This document shows positions 43,561 through 61,239 of a stretch of DNA of 64,000 nt, piece after piece. Source of the DNA: the human T2T-CHM13v2.0 reference genome, Homo sapiens; the NCBI RefSeq assembly GCF_009914755.1, contig NC_060931.1; one strand, given 5' to 3'. The position numbers and the translations under genes are program-made. Every line of letters begins with the position of its first letter. The first letter of the stretch is position 1. The notes below the pieces were generated by a model, which was given only the letters and a program-made list of their open reading frames with translations, was not told where the DNA came from and made no database searches.

Positions 43561-46500
43561 GAGAAGAGGCATCTTGATACAGACTGGGAATGGGATGAGG
43601 ACTTCCATATTACCCCATGCATAGAGATACATTAAACATCCCTTAAAAGTGGGTGTGGCCTGGAACATGCTGGCTGGTTGGAACTTCCTTATCATTCCCT
43701 TTGCTACCCATGTCTCTCACTGAAGAGTCTGGGAGAGAGAATTCCTCTGAGCAGCAGGAGCTCTTTCCATTCCCTTCCCTGCTGGCTTTTCTATCATCTG
43801 AATAAATAGCATGGATTGTTTCTCACTAGTCCAGGCTCATTGGGGCCTGCAACCTGTCAGTGCCTCGGCTGGCTTCCTCTTAATTCAGTGCTGGTCAACT
43901 GCCCAGGGTGTAACCTGAAGCGTTGGCATTGAAGAAAAACAATGGTTGGGGGCAGATGGGCACAGACACCCTGTGTGGGTGGTTCTGGCTCTCTCCATAA
44001 GATGAAAATGTATAATTTATACTTTCTGTGTATACTCCTAAGAATATGATGCTTGTATGAATGCCATCTGTCCCATAATTGTCCACTGTAACAAATGAAA
44101 CCATATCCATTTATGGGGCTAGTGCTAGATGCTTGTATAATTCTATGGAATTTCCAGCAATTACCATGTTCGTTTCAGGGATGCTGCGCTGGGATGTTGG
44201 CAAAGGATTGTCACTGGCCTTTATGATTGGACGTTCTGAGGCCATTCCCATTTCCCACCACTGCCTCCGCCACCCCAAGGTTCTGCTGCTGTAGCTTCCC
44301 AACATTTGCCTTGTTTTCAGGAATGTTTCTCCTTCCATATCATTCACATTACATAGCCCTCAAGGGCAGTGATAGGAAAAGCGCAAAGGAAGCTGAGTTA
44401 GCCTAAATCAAATTGAGCAGGGTTACAATGAGAAAGCCAGGTTCTCTATGTGATCTTTCTTTTTGACTTCCTGATGCTAAAAGCTATCTTCCAATCGTGA
44501 CCCTCACTCATTTAACCAGTATTTGTTGAGTAACTGGATGAGTTTAGAGAATTGAGAAGAAAGCACATAAATGTGTTACTTCAGTAAGAGCTAGCATTGT
44601 CATAGAAAAAGAAAAGAAAAACGTCAAGCAAATATCCTAAAACTTGTTCCAGGACAAACTTAATTATGTAACTCCTTGCTGCTTGAGCTTTTTATAAAAT
44701 CCATTTGCTCATTTTGGGAAATCTACTCCACCTTGACGTTCTGGCAGATGGGGAGATATAGTTGCCATCTGTCTTTATTTTTTTAACCCCTCCACAGGAC
44801 ATCACAAAGTGGGCACCACAGGGACATCCCATACTGCCAACTCTGTTCTTTCACCCAAATGCTTGCTGCTTCTCTACCCAGATCTCCAGCAGGGGAGAGG
44901 CTGGCACAGGTCTCTGGCTGATGTCTGCCTGCCCTTTAGCTCTTTGGGAAAGGAAAAGTAGGACTGGGCTGGAGGGATCTGGGTAAGCAGGTTTTGCTGG
45001 AAAAGTACAGTTTCAGGGATTTTGGCTTTTGGAGCCAGAGTCTCTTTCTGCACATGTTCTTTATTCAGTATAGTCAGTTTGCTCTCTGTTCCTCTCTGGA
45101 GGACATGCTCTGGGGGCTGGGGGAGCAATGGCTGGTCTGACCATAGCTTTGTTCTGTTTCGTGATGGCAGCTAGAGCCTGAAGCATGGTGTTTCCTCTTC
45201 CATTAGCTCCTTGATGTCAGGGACTGTGGCTTCTTTGTCATTGTATCCATATCCTAGAGCCTGGCACAGTGCTTGGCACATCGTGGTGCTCACTGTATAT
45301 TTTAAAAAGTGAATGAGTCAAAGAAAGGAAATAAGACAGTGTGGACTATAGACAGGGAATGGAATTTGGTTAGATAACCTGGTTTGGCTCCCAGCTTTGA
45401 TGCTCAATACCAGAACAGGCAAGTTCCTTATCCTTGCCAAATCAGTTTTCCCATCTGTAAAATGGGACCATCATCCTTGCCTCTTAGGGCTGCTGGGAGG
45501 ATGGAATGACATAGAGTGATGTACCTCTTGGTTCATGGCAGTCCTTAAAGGGTGTTTGCCATTTACTGGAAAGTCCCCGGTGTCTCTTCACAGACCTTGG
45601 TGCCCAGAATGTAGCCTTGGCCAACTTGGGGTTCTGGGGACAGCAGTAAACCAGCCTAAGGGCACCAAGGTGACATCTGGCGTATCAGAGTCTCTGGATC
45701 ATTGTGGTATCTCCTGCCCTGAACACACTTCACTGATTATGTCTGCATCTCCTTTGCCATCTGAATTTTATCTGTGCGGGCAAACACACTTTAATACTAT
45801 TGAGTTTTGTTTTCAGCACAGGCTTGGAAAGCATGGCGTATGAAATACAGGAAAGCAAACAGGCGGAGTGAGCAGGATGGCCCACTTCTAGCACAGTTGG
45901 GGTGGAGTCCAGCTCTGCCATTAATCAACCCTGTTGCCTCGGGCAAATCGTGAACCTCGTTTGGCCTTACTTTCCTGTTTCCTAAAATAGTGAGTGGGTG
46001 GCTATTGCTACTGGGGAGTTGCTCTAAATCCTGTCTCACCATTTTTTTTTTGGCCACAATCACAGGACAGATGGCATTCATACATGCATCATATTCTTAG
46101 GGGTGTACACAGATTTTGAGAAACCTCCCCAAATGTTATATAGGAACTAAGGAATTCACCATTTTGAAGTTACTACCAATACCAGCAGTTTAGCAAAATC
46201 ACCTTCTTGCTATGGGCCATGGGCATAGATAGGATTGCCCATGAGTTATCCGCAGTTTCTTTGCAAATGCTGTAGGTCTGTGCGTCTAAGCTGTCTCTTC
46301 CACATGAGGAAGTAAAGTAGATCAGAATATGAGTGAGATCGATGTTCTTATGGGGTAACTGTGCTTCTGCCTTATTTTATTAAAAAAAATCACAATTCCC
46401 AATCTTGGGTTCTCAGTGAATAGTAGCACATTTCTTGTGATATAACTGATCAGGACACACCCATTTGTTGTTACATCAGAGTTGATCATTAATGGAGCAG

Positions 46501-46568
46501 ATATTTTCAAAAGAGGCTTTCAGCGTGACAGATTGGTACTGTTGATTTCACACGTGTCTAGGACTTGC

Positions 46569-46858
46569 TTTTTTTTGAGATAGAGTCTTGCTCCGTCGCT
46601 CAGGCTGGAGTGCAGTGGCACGATCTCAGCTCATGGCAACCTCTGTCTCCTGGGTTCAAGTGATTCTGCTGCCTCAGCCTCTCATGTAGCTGAGATTACA
46701 GGCACACGCCACCATGCCCAGCTAATTGTTGTATTTTTAGTAGAGACGGGGTTTCACCATGTTGGCCAGGCTGGTCTCCAACTCCTGACCTCAGGTGATC
46801 TGCCCACCTCGGCCTCCCAAAGTGCTGGGATTATAGGTGTGAGCCCCTGTGCCCGGCC
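46569..46858 (-). mobile_element. Alu (S-like)
   Basis: Full reverse Alu. Confidence 0.93.
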
Positions 46859-46984
46859 GTGCTTCTAAGATAGAGAAATTCAGCTGAACAGCAGGCTGCT
46901 ATAATGGAGTGGAGTTGGTGAGGAGAGGGTGGGGAAGAGCCCAGAGCCAAAGAATCTTGAAAATACTTTTTCTCAATAACTCAC

Positions 46985-47059
46985 CCACTGCAGACATCAT
47001 TTCCAATCATGGCATATATAACGATGGCGGGATAGTCCAACACCTTGTTTCTAGACAAG
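46985..47059 (-). CDS. AOAH: AOAH coding exon (approx. exon 15), (S)LSRNKVLDYPAIVIYAMIGNDVCS(G)
   Basis: ttctcag|CTTGTCT...TGCAGTGG|gtgagt; 75 nt; contains the SGNH block III GND motif. Confidence 0.96.
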
Positions 47060-47811
47060 CTGAGAAGGCATAGATGGAATCTGAATGTCAGATACTTGGA
47101 AACCTAGCTTTGTAGCCAGTGACACAGGCTGGGCCTTTGAAAACAATCTTGGTATGACCACCCTCTTGGCAACTTTTTGCTATTTTTCTTTCATTCTAGT
47201 ACAGCCAACCACCATTCCCATCTCCCATTTATTCTCTATAATCATTATCCCACTTGCCTATTAGAGAAAGGCCACATAAATGCATAAAATTGAAAAGAAT
47301 GGATTGAGGTCCTGGGTAAATAGACACAATGCTATCTTCTTGGCATCTTTCACAGCAATTGCATCAATAAGCACAGGCGAGTTATTGGGTTCCTTATGTC
47401 CATGTTCTTAGGATAACCTGGCAGCCGTGGACCCATAGTCAACTTTGAAAAGGCAAAGGCTTCTTGAGGCTTCCAGTCAGGACACCTCGAGCCTTGCTTC
47501 TGAATTTCAAGCCCCAAATAAGCATAAAAAATGTTTTCTCATTCATAAAGCAGGGATATGACATCATCCTTTTGTCTGTCAGAGCTAAGTTTTACCAACT
47601 CTCTATGCATTTTTATCACCCTTCTTTGAGGACATATGCAAATTAATCACTTTCTATGCTCACTGGCCCAAGGAGTGATATCCTTGAGTTTGGATAGTGA
47701 CTAACAAGCTATTTATGCTCAGTAAAAATGATTATGGGGTAATAACAGAGTTTTCATTCCTTATTCAAAATGAGAAACCAAATTAAAAACAACTTCTTAT
47801 CTTCTGCTTAC

Positions 47812-47848
47812 CTTTCTATAAATTTCTTCAGGTTTCGGGAAGATGCAC
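47812..47848 (-). CDS. AOAH: AOAH coding exon (approx. exon 14), (G)ASSRNLKKFIE(S)
   Basis: ttattcag|GTGCATCT...ATAGAAAG|gtaagc; 37 nt, phase 1 to 2. Confidence 0.95.
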
Positions 47849-48252
47849 CTGAATAATTAAAATTAAGAAAACAATTAAAGTTAGTGAGTTCAATTTCACA
47901 CTATCAATATGGGAGTCTGATTGACTGAACTCATGAAAGCGGCATTACTGTTCGGGCAAAGGTTGTTCTGACCAACACATTGATGGAAATAATTTTCTTC
48001 CAATCAGTTTCTGTAGTGTTTAATCCTGGAACTCTCCTTAAGGGCTTTTCTGTTTATTTAGCAGTATATTAACAAAACCAAAATTTATTTGGATTCATGG
48101 GTCTTCAGACATTTCCTAAGCATAAATGAGTAAATCTTCTAGTAGATGTGAGAAAAAAAGTATGTATCTACTACCAAAGAGACAAACTACCGAAAATATT
48201 CAAGAATGAGTTGAAGAATTAGAGGAAAACGAAAAGAATGTTACGAGAATTA

Positions 48253-48770
<518 letters not shown>

Positions 48771-49409
48771 TTATTCTAGGTGCTGTTAAACTTTTACAGC
48801 TCATTTAAGCTGTGGTACAATTGTGTGAGGTAGCTACTGTTGTATTCCCACTTTTAAATTAGGAAACTGAGGCCCACCTAAGTGGCTTGCCCAAAGCCAC
48901 ACAGGTACTCATTCGAAGAACTGCAGTTCATACCAGTCCCTTCCGTCTGCCATCCTGAGCTCTGGCTTCCTGTGGACAGTGCTCCTCTAGGCTGTAGTTG
49001 AGAAAGAGTTAACCCAAACCAGTGTACTGTCTTTTTGTCCCCAAGAGACAGATCTGCTAGAAATAAGCAAGTGATTGTCAGGTGGGTGGTGCAACTCGGT
49101 GGACCGAGTTGGAGAAATACCATCCAGTTGCCCCTTTCCATAGGAAGATTCTTCTATAACTTCCAGCCTTGGAAGCTTGGGGATAAGTGCATTTTACCGG
49201 AGACCCAGGCATGTTCTTCCAGTTCCACGTGGGAAAAAGGGCAGCGTGTAGCCATGAAGGGTATGCTGGCCTGTGTCTCACTGAAGCTGTGTAGCTATGC
49301 AATGATTGCCTCTTTGTCACATGCAGCTAGTGGCAAGCTGTACAGGCAGCACTGATGTTCTCTTGGTTGATTCAGGAAATGTTAGCACATTAAATAAATA
49401 TTGCTTTAT

Positions 49410-50240
49410 TTCCATTTTATTATGGTAAAATGTACATCTCATTTCTTTCTTTTTTTTTTTTTTTTTAGACAGAGTCTTGCTCTGTTGCCCAGGCTGGAGT
49501 GCAGTGGTGCGATCTTGGCTTACTGCAATCTCTGCCTCCTGGGTTCAAGTGATTCTCCTGCCTCAGCCTCCTGAGTAGCTGGGATTACAGGCATGTGCCA
49601 CCATGCTTGGCTAGTTTTTGTATTTTTAGTAGAGATGGGGTTTCACCATGTTGGTCAGGCTGGTGTCGAACTCCTGACCTCATGATCTGCCTGCCTTGGC
49701 CTCCCAAAGTGCTGGGATTACAGGTGTGAGCCACCGCATCTGGCCTCATTTCATCTTTCCATCCCTTTTGAGTGTACAATTCAGTGGCATTCAGTTCATT
49801 TACATTGTTGTGCAACCATCATCACCACCCATCTCCAGAACTTTTCCATCATTCCAAACCGAAACTCAAAATGCATTAAAGAATAACTTTCCACTAACTC
49901 CTCCCTCCAGTCCCTGATAGCCACCCTCCTACTTTCTGCCCTTACGCATTTAACTATTCTAGGCACCTCATGTAGATGGCTCATGTCATACTTGTCCTTT
50001 TGGGTCTGGTTTATTTTACTCAGTATAATGTCCTCAAGCTTCATTCATAACACATTTTGTTTATCCATTCATTCTTTGATGGCCATTTGGGTTGTTTCCA
50101 CCTTTTGGTTGTTGTGAATAACGCTGCTATGGATAGTCCCTGCTTTCAAGTGTTTTGGACGTATGGTATATCTAACTGAAAGTGCTGGGCTGTATTGTAA
50201 TACTATGTTTAATTTTTTTTAGAAATGACTATATCATCTT
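49410..50240 (-). mobile_element. L1MB-type 3' fragment, split by an Alu at 49443-49745
   Basis: gtgtacaattcagtggcatt...acattgttgtgcaaccatc...ccagaacttttccatc. Confidence 0.75.
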
Positions 50241-50420
50241 CTTTCCTTTTTGTAGTGAGGCAAGGAATCATTATTATTATTTTAATTTCAACTTTTACTT
50301 TTGATTCAGGGGATACAGGTGCACTTCTGTTACCTGGGTATATTGTGTAATGCTGAGGTTTGGGGGACAATTGATCCCATCACCCAGGTACTGAGCATAG
50401 CAGACCCAATAGGTAATTTT

Positions 50421-51073
50421 CTTTATTTTTTATTTTAAGTTCCAGGATACATGTGTAGGTTTGTTACATAGGTAAATATGTGCCATGGTGGTTTGCTGCA
50501 CCTATCAAGCCATCACCTAGGTATTAAGCCCAGCACTCCCACAACAGGCCTCAGCATGTGTTGTTCCCCTTCATGTGTCCAAGTGTTCTCATTGTTCAGC
50601 TACCAATCATAAGTGAGAACATATGATGTTTGGTTTTCTGTTCCTGTGTTAGTTTGCTGAGGATAAAGGTTTCCAGCTCCATCCATGTCCCTGCAAAGAA
50701 CATGATCTCATTCCTTTTTATGGTTGCATAGTGTTCTGTGGTGTATGTGTACCACATTTTCTTTATCCAGTCTATCATCAATGGGTATTTGGGTTTATTT
50801 CATCTCTTTGCTATCATGAATAGTGCTGCAATGAACATACACATGCATGTATCTTTATAACAGAATGATTTATATCCCATTGGGTATATAACCATAATGG
50901 GATTGCTGGGTCAAATGGTATTTCTGGTTCTAAATCTTTGAGGAAGCGCCACACTGTCCTCCACAATGGTTGAACTAATTTACATTCCCACCAACAGCGT
51001 AAAAGCATTCCTATTTCTCCACAACCTCGCCAGCATCTGTTTCTTGACTTTTTAATAATCGCTGCTCTGACTG
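50421..51073 (-). mobile_element. 5'-truncated L1PA (mid-age) nested in the older L1
   Basis: Has its own poly-T and 3'UTR plus the ORF2 C-terminus (ORFs 50596..50781 and 50814..51152). Confidence 0.8.
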
Positions 51074-51554
51074 TCATTTTCAACCCTTGCTCCCCTCCAT
51101 GCCTCCCCACCTCTAGTAGTCTTGTGCCTATTCTTGCCATCTTTATGTCCATGAGTATCCATTGTTTAGCTCCTACTTGTAAGTGAGAACATATGGTATT
51201 TGGTTTTCTGTTTCTACATTAATTCGCTTAGGATAATGGCCTTCAGCTGCCTCCATGTTACTAGCAACGACATGATTTAGTTCTTTTTATGGCTGCATAG
51301 AATTCCATGGTGTATATGCACCACATTTTCTTTTTTTTTTTCTTTTTTTATTATTATTATACTTTAAGTTTTAGGGTACATGTGCACAATGTGCAGGTTA
51401 CTTACATATGTATACATGTGCCATGCTGGTGCGCTGCACCCACTAACTCGTTATCTAGCATTAGGTATATCTCCCAATGCTATCCCTCCCCCCTCCCCCC
51501 ACCCCACAACTGTCCCCAGAGTGTGATGTTTCCCTTCCTGTGTCCATGTGTTCT

Positions 51555-55414
<3,860 letters not shown>

Positions 55415-55462
55415 TTATTTTGCTCGTTAGTTGATGCAGTTTCTTCCTAGTCTCAGTGGTCT

Positions 55463-56479
55463 TTACATTTTGGCATGATTTTGCAGCAGCTGGTACCAGT
55501 TGTGCCTTTCCATGTTTAGTGCTTCTTTCAGGAGCTCTTTTAGGGCAGGCCTGGTGGTGACAAAATCTCTCAGCATTTGCTTATCTGTAAAGGATTTTAT
55601 TTCTCCTTCACTTATGAAGCTTAGTTTGGCTGGATATGAAATTCTGGGTTGAAAATTCTTTTCTTTAAGAATGTTGAATATTGGCCCCCACTCTCCTCTG
55701 GCTTGTAGAGTTTCTGCTGAGAGATCAGCTGTTAGTCTGATGTGCTTCTCTTTGTGGGTAACCCGACCTTTCTCTCTGGCTGCCCTTAACATTTTTTCCT
55801 TCATTTCAACTTTGGTGAATCTGACAATTATGTGTCTTGGAGTTGCTCTTCTCGAGGAGTATCTTTGTGGTGTTCTCTGTATTTCCTGAATCTGAATGTT
55901 GGCCTGCCTTGCTAGATTGGGGAAGTTCTCCTGGATAATATCCTGTAGAGTGTTTTCCAACTTGGTTCCATTCTCCCTGTCACTTTCAGGTACACCAATC
56001 AGACGTAGATTTGGTCTTTTCACATAGTCCCATATTTCTTGGAGGCTTTGTTCGTTTCTTTTTATTCTTTTTTCTCTAAACTTCCCTTCTTGCTTCATTT
56101 CATTCATTTCATCTTCCATCGCTGATACCCTTTCTTCCAGTTGATTGCATCGGCTCCTGAGGCTTCTGCATTCTTCACGTAGTTCTCGAGCCTTGGCTTT
56201 CAGCTCCATCAGCTCCTTTAAGCACTTCTCTGTATTGGTTATTCTAGTTATACATTCGTCTAAATTTTTTTCAAAGTTTTCAACTTCTTTGCCTTTGGTT
56301 TGAATTTCCTCCTGTAGCTCGGAGTAGTTTGATCGTCTGAAGCCTTCTTCTCTCAACTCGTCAAAGTCATTCTCCGTCCAGCTTTGTTCCATTGCTGGTG
56401 AGGAGCTGTGTTCCTTTGGAGGAGGAGAGGCGCTCTGCTTTTTAGAGTTTCCAGTATTTCTGCTCTGTTTTTTCCCCAT
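55463..56479 (-). CDS. L1 ORF1p (338 aa, open frame)
   Basis: MGKKQSR...; REKG and YPAKLS motifs present; R262G substitution. Confidence 0.9.
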   Translation of the reverse strand: MGKKQSRNTGNSKKQSASPPPKEHSSSPAMEQSWTENDFDELREEGFRRSNYSELQEEIQTKGKEVENFEKNLDECITRITNTEKCLKELMELKAKARELREECRSLRSRCNQLEERVSAMEDEMNEMKQEGKFREKRIKRNEQSLQEIWDYVKRPNLRLIGVPESDRENGTKLENTLQDIIQENFPNLARQANIQIQEIQRTPQRYSSRRATPRHIIVRFTKVEMKEKMLRAAREKGRVTHKEKHIRLTADLSAETLQARGEWGPIFNILKEKNFQPRISYPAKLSFISEGEIKSFTDKQMLRDFVTTRPALKELLKEALNMERHNWYQLLQNHAKM

Positions 56480-57049
56480 CTTTGTGGTTTTATCTACTTT
56501 TGGTCTTTGATGATGGTGATGTACAGATGGGTTTTTGGTGTGGATGTCCTTTCTGTTTGTTAGTTTTCCTTCTAACAGACAGGACCCTCAGCTGCAGGTC
56601 TGTTGGAGTTTGCTAGAAGTCCACTCCAGACCCTGTTTGCCTGGGTATCAGCAGCAGTGTCTGCAGAACAGTGGATTTTCGTGAATGGTGGATGCTGCTG
56701 TCTGATCGTTCCTCTGGAAGTTTTGTCTCAGAGGAGTACCCGGCCGTGTGAGGTGTCAGTTTGCCCCTACTGGGGGGTGCCTCCCAGTTAGGCTGCTCGG
56801 GGGTCAGGGGTCAGGGACCTACTTGAGGAGGCAGTCTGCCTGTTCTCAGATCTCCAGCTGTGTGCTGGGAGAACCACTGCTCTCTTCAAAGACATTTAAG
56901 TCTGCAGAGGTTACTGCTGTCTTTTTGTTTGTCTGTGCCCTGCCCCCAGAGGTGGAGCCTACAGAGGCCGGCAGGCCTCCTTGAGCTGTGGTGGGCTCCA
57001 CCCAGTTCGAGCTTCCCAGCTGCTTTGTTTACCTAAGCAAGCCTGGGCA

Positions 57050-57538
57050 ATGGCGGGAGCCCCTCCCCCAGCCTCGCTGCTGCCTTGCAGTTTGATCTCA
57101 GACTGCTGTGCTAGCAATCAGCGAGACTCCGTGGGCATAGGACCCTCTGAGCCATGTGCAGGATATAATCTCCTGGTGCGCTGTTTCCTAAGCCCGTTGG
57201 AAAAGCACAGTATTGGGGTGGGAGTGACCCGATTTTCCAGGTGCCGTCTGTCACCCACTTCCTTGACCAGGAAAGGGAACTCCTTGACCCCTTGCACTTC
57301 CCGAGTGAGGCAATGCCTCGCCCTGTTTTGGCTCGCACATGGTGCGCTGCACCCACTGTCCTGCACCCACTGTCTGGCACTCCCTAGTGAGATGAACCCG
57401 GTACCTCAGATGGAAATGCAGAAATCACCCATCTTCTGTGTCACTCACGCTGGCAGCTGTAGACCAGAGCTGTTCCTATTCAGCCATCTTGGCTCCTCCC
57501 ACATTTTCTTTATTCAATCCACTGTTATGGGCATCTAG
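57050..57538 (+). CDS. L1 ORF0 (antisense ORF), extended to 162 aa
   Basis: GCAATGG Kozak; MAGAPPPASLLPCSLISDCCASNQRDS... matches ORF0; open to TAG at 57536-57538. Confidence 0.6.
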   Translation: MAGAPPPASLLPCSLISDCCASNQRDSVGIGPSEPCAGYNLLVRCFLSPLEKHSIGVGVTRFSRCRLSPTSLTRKGNSLTPCTSRVRQCLALFWLAHGALHPLSCTHCLALPSEMNPVPQMEMQKSPIFCVTHAGSCRPELFLFSHLGSSHIFFIQSTVMGI

Positions 57539-59414
57539 GTTGATTCCATGTCTTTGCTATTGTGAATAGTGTTGTGATGAATATATGGGTACATATGCCC
57601 TTTTGGTAGAATAATTGATTTTCTTTTGGGTATATACCCAGTAACAGGATTGCTGGGTCAAATGGTAGTTCTCAAAGTTCTTTGAGAAATCTCCAAACTG
57701 CTTTCCACAGTGGCTGAACTAATTTACATTCCCACCAGTAGCGTATAACCATTCCTTTTTCTCTGCAGCCATGTCAGCATCTGTTGTTTTCTGACTTTGT
57801 AATAATAGCCATTCTGACTGGTGTGAGATGGTATTTCATTGTGGTTTTGATTTGCATTTCTCTGATGATTAGTGATGTTGTGTCTTTTTTCATATGCTTG
57901 TTGGCTGCTTATATGTCTTCTTTTGAGAAGTATCTGTTCATGTCTTTTGCCCATTTTTTTAATGGGGTTATTTGGTTTTTGCTTGTTCAATTGTTTAAAT
58001 TCCTTACAGATTCTGGATATTCGACCTTGATTGGATGCATCATTTGTGAATATTTTGTAGGTTGTCTGTTTACTCTGTTGATGGTTTCTTTTGCTGTCCA
58101 GAAGCTCTTTAATTAGGTCCCACTTGTCAATTTTTGTTTTTGTTGCAATTGCTTTTGAAGACTTAGTCATAATTTTTTTCCCAAGACCAATGTCTAGAAT
58201 GGTGTTTCCTAGGTTTTCTTCTAGGATTCTTATACTTAAGGTCTTACATTTAATTCTTTAATCCATTTGAGTCAATTTTTGTATATGGTGAAAGATAGGG
58301 GTCCAATTTTATTCTTCTGCCTATGGCTTGTCAGCTATCCCCACATCATTTATTGAACAGGGAGTCCTTTCCCTATTGCCAATTTTTGTTGACTTTGTTG
58401 ATGGTCAGATGGCTGTAGGTGTGCTATCTTATTTCTGGACTCTCTGTTCTGTACCATTGGTCTGTGTGTCTGTTTTTGAACCAGTACCATGCGTTTTGGT
58501 CACTGTAGCCTTATAGTATAGTTTGAAGTTGGGTAATGTGATGCCTCTAGCTTTATTCTTTTTGCTTAGGATTGCTTTGTCTATTCAGGCTTTTTTTTGG
58601 TTCCATATGAATTTTAGAATAGTTTTTTTATAATTCTGTGAAAAATGATATTGGTAGCTTGATAAAAATAGCACTGGATCTATAGATTGCTTTGGGCAGT
58701 ATGGCCATTTTAACAATATTGATTCTTCCAATTCAGGAACATGGAATATTTTTCCATTTGTTTTGTGTCATCCATGATTTCTTCCAGCAACGTTTTTTAG
58801 TTCTCCTTGTAGAGGTCTTTGACCTCCTTGGTTAGATGTATTCCTAGGTATTTTATTTTCTTGGGATATTGTAAATGGGATTATGTTCCTGATTTGGCTC
58901 TCAGCTTGAATGTTATAGATATATAGACATTTTACTGATTTTTGTACATTGATTTTGTACCCTGAAACTTTGCTAAAGTTGTTTATCAGTTCCAGGAGCC
59001 TTTTAGTGTAGTCTTTAGGGTTTTCTAGGTGTAAGAATCATATTGTAGTGAAGAGAGACGGTTTGACTTCTTCTTTTCTTATTTGGATGCTTTTTATATC
59101 TTTCTTTTGCCTGATTGCTCTGGCAAGGACTTCCAGTACTATGCTGAACAGGAGTGATGAGAGTGGGCATCCTCTTCTTGCTTTACTTCTCAAGGGAAAT
59201 GCTGCCTAGGAATTATTAAAATGCACATAGCCATATAAATTAGGAGTAATCAGTCCATTTCTGTGTGCATTTTGTTCCTTTACCTACTCCATCCATTTCT
59301 TGAGCACTGGCATGTGCCTGCCATAAAGCAGGGATTAACAGATGAGGTGGACACAGCCTCAATACTTTCTGAATAGTATCTATGGGGGTAGACACATAAT
59401 TGAGCACTGGGAAC

Positions 59415-59774
<360 letters not shown>

Positions 59775-61239
59775 TGATTTGAGGCCTATTATCTCTATTC
59801 AGGGAAGGTGCCAGATTTCATAACACTGAGTCCTCAGTACAAGGGCTCCAGTCTTTCTGGGAGTGAGTGCTCCCTGTTGTCCTCCAGAGGACAGAAGAGA
59901 AGGAGCACAGCCCCCATGCGCTGTGTTGATCTTGCGGTGGCACACGCATCGGCTGGGCCCTTCATTCAGTTCCAGTCCGGTGACTCCTGGCTTCTTATTT
60001 TCAGTGAGATAATAGATCAGGAGATGTTTAATTCTCATTCTTTTATTTTTCTCTTAATGAGAAATGAAAACTAATGAAAGCTCAAGCCATAAGTGGGGAA
60101 AAAATAATTAAAGGACCAGGTCAGAGCAACACTTGTCTTCATTATCTAGGGTACAGCTGGGAATCTGAGGTGCAGAGCACCCACAGAGCTTGAGGAAAAT
60201 GAAAATGAAAGCCTGTTGTGACATGCCACATGAGCATCCCTTCCTGCGCTCACACCCCTGGGTCCCTTTGCCACTCAGGACAAGGATGCGAGACCAACGG
60301 CAATTGGCTGTGAAAAATTTTTGAAAAGCAATCACAAACAGCTACCCAAGGAGTGAGGACTTGTCTGTTCTTCTTTACCCAAATGTCTATTTTTTATAGT
60401 AGGTGTCCATACTATGAGCCTAGAATTCTCTTTGCTCCAAAGTTCTTGCGCCTTCCACTATTTCTATTTCCCTTCAGAAACCTGTTTTTTGAGATTATGT
60501 AATTAGTTTATGCAATTCTCATGTCACTGTTTCTTGTTAATTTCCTTTTGCTGTTGTTTTGTTATCCTTTTGCCAGACTCATCAACATTTTGTGTCTCTC
60601 TCCTTCCCCATCTCTATTGTCTTTCTTCCCCTGTACATAGACTTCTCCCCAGCTGCTTGCTGTTGCTGCTGCTGTTATCATTAGAGAAAATACGGACTGC
60701 AGCAAGAAAAGATAGATAGCTCCTAGCCTGTGGGATGTGGCAAAGTAAGGCAAACATTTCAAGAACTGGCACTTTACCCTTAAGAAGTCTATATTCTGAT
60801 CCCTGCGATCATAGTTTGGAGAAATGAAAGAGGTTTGACCTTGGAATAGGAACATTTTATTTATTTGTCAAGATGGTCCAAATGGAGAGCCCACCTGTCT
60901 CCAGTGACGAGAAGAAAAGGGTCCACACAGGCCTTTAAGTCTGATTCATCCAGTTTCTTTTAAATAAGGTGCAGGGCATTGAAAGAAGAGAAAGGTTTCA
61001 CATAATCCCAGCATTGGTTATCCCTCCATAAATGCATATTCAGAAACACCTTTACGGAGTTGCTTTCCAAAGATCCTCCCTTCCCATGATCTCTCTAGTA
61101 CTTTTTGGTTCCCTGGACTCCGCAATTTGGTCCTGTAGCCAGAAAGTCGGGGCTTTAGTGCTCCACTCTGCTGTGCTCTTCCTAAAAATTCACTCATGGT
61201 AACCCCAAGTGATGGGAGAACAGAATAAGAAAAAAGGCA

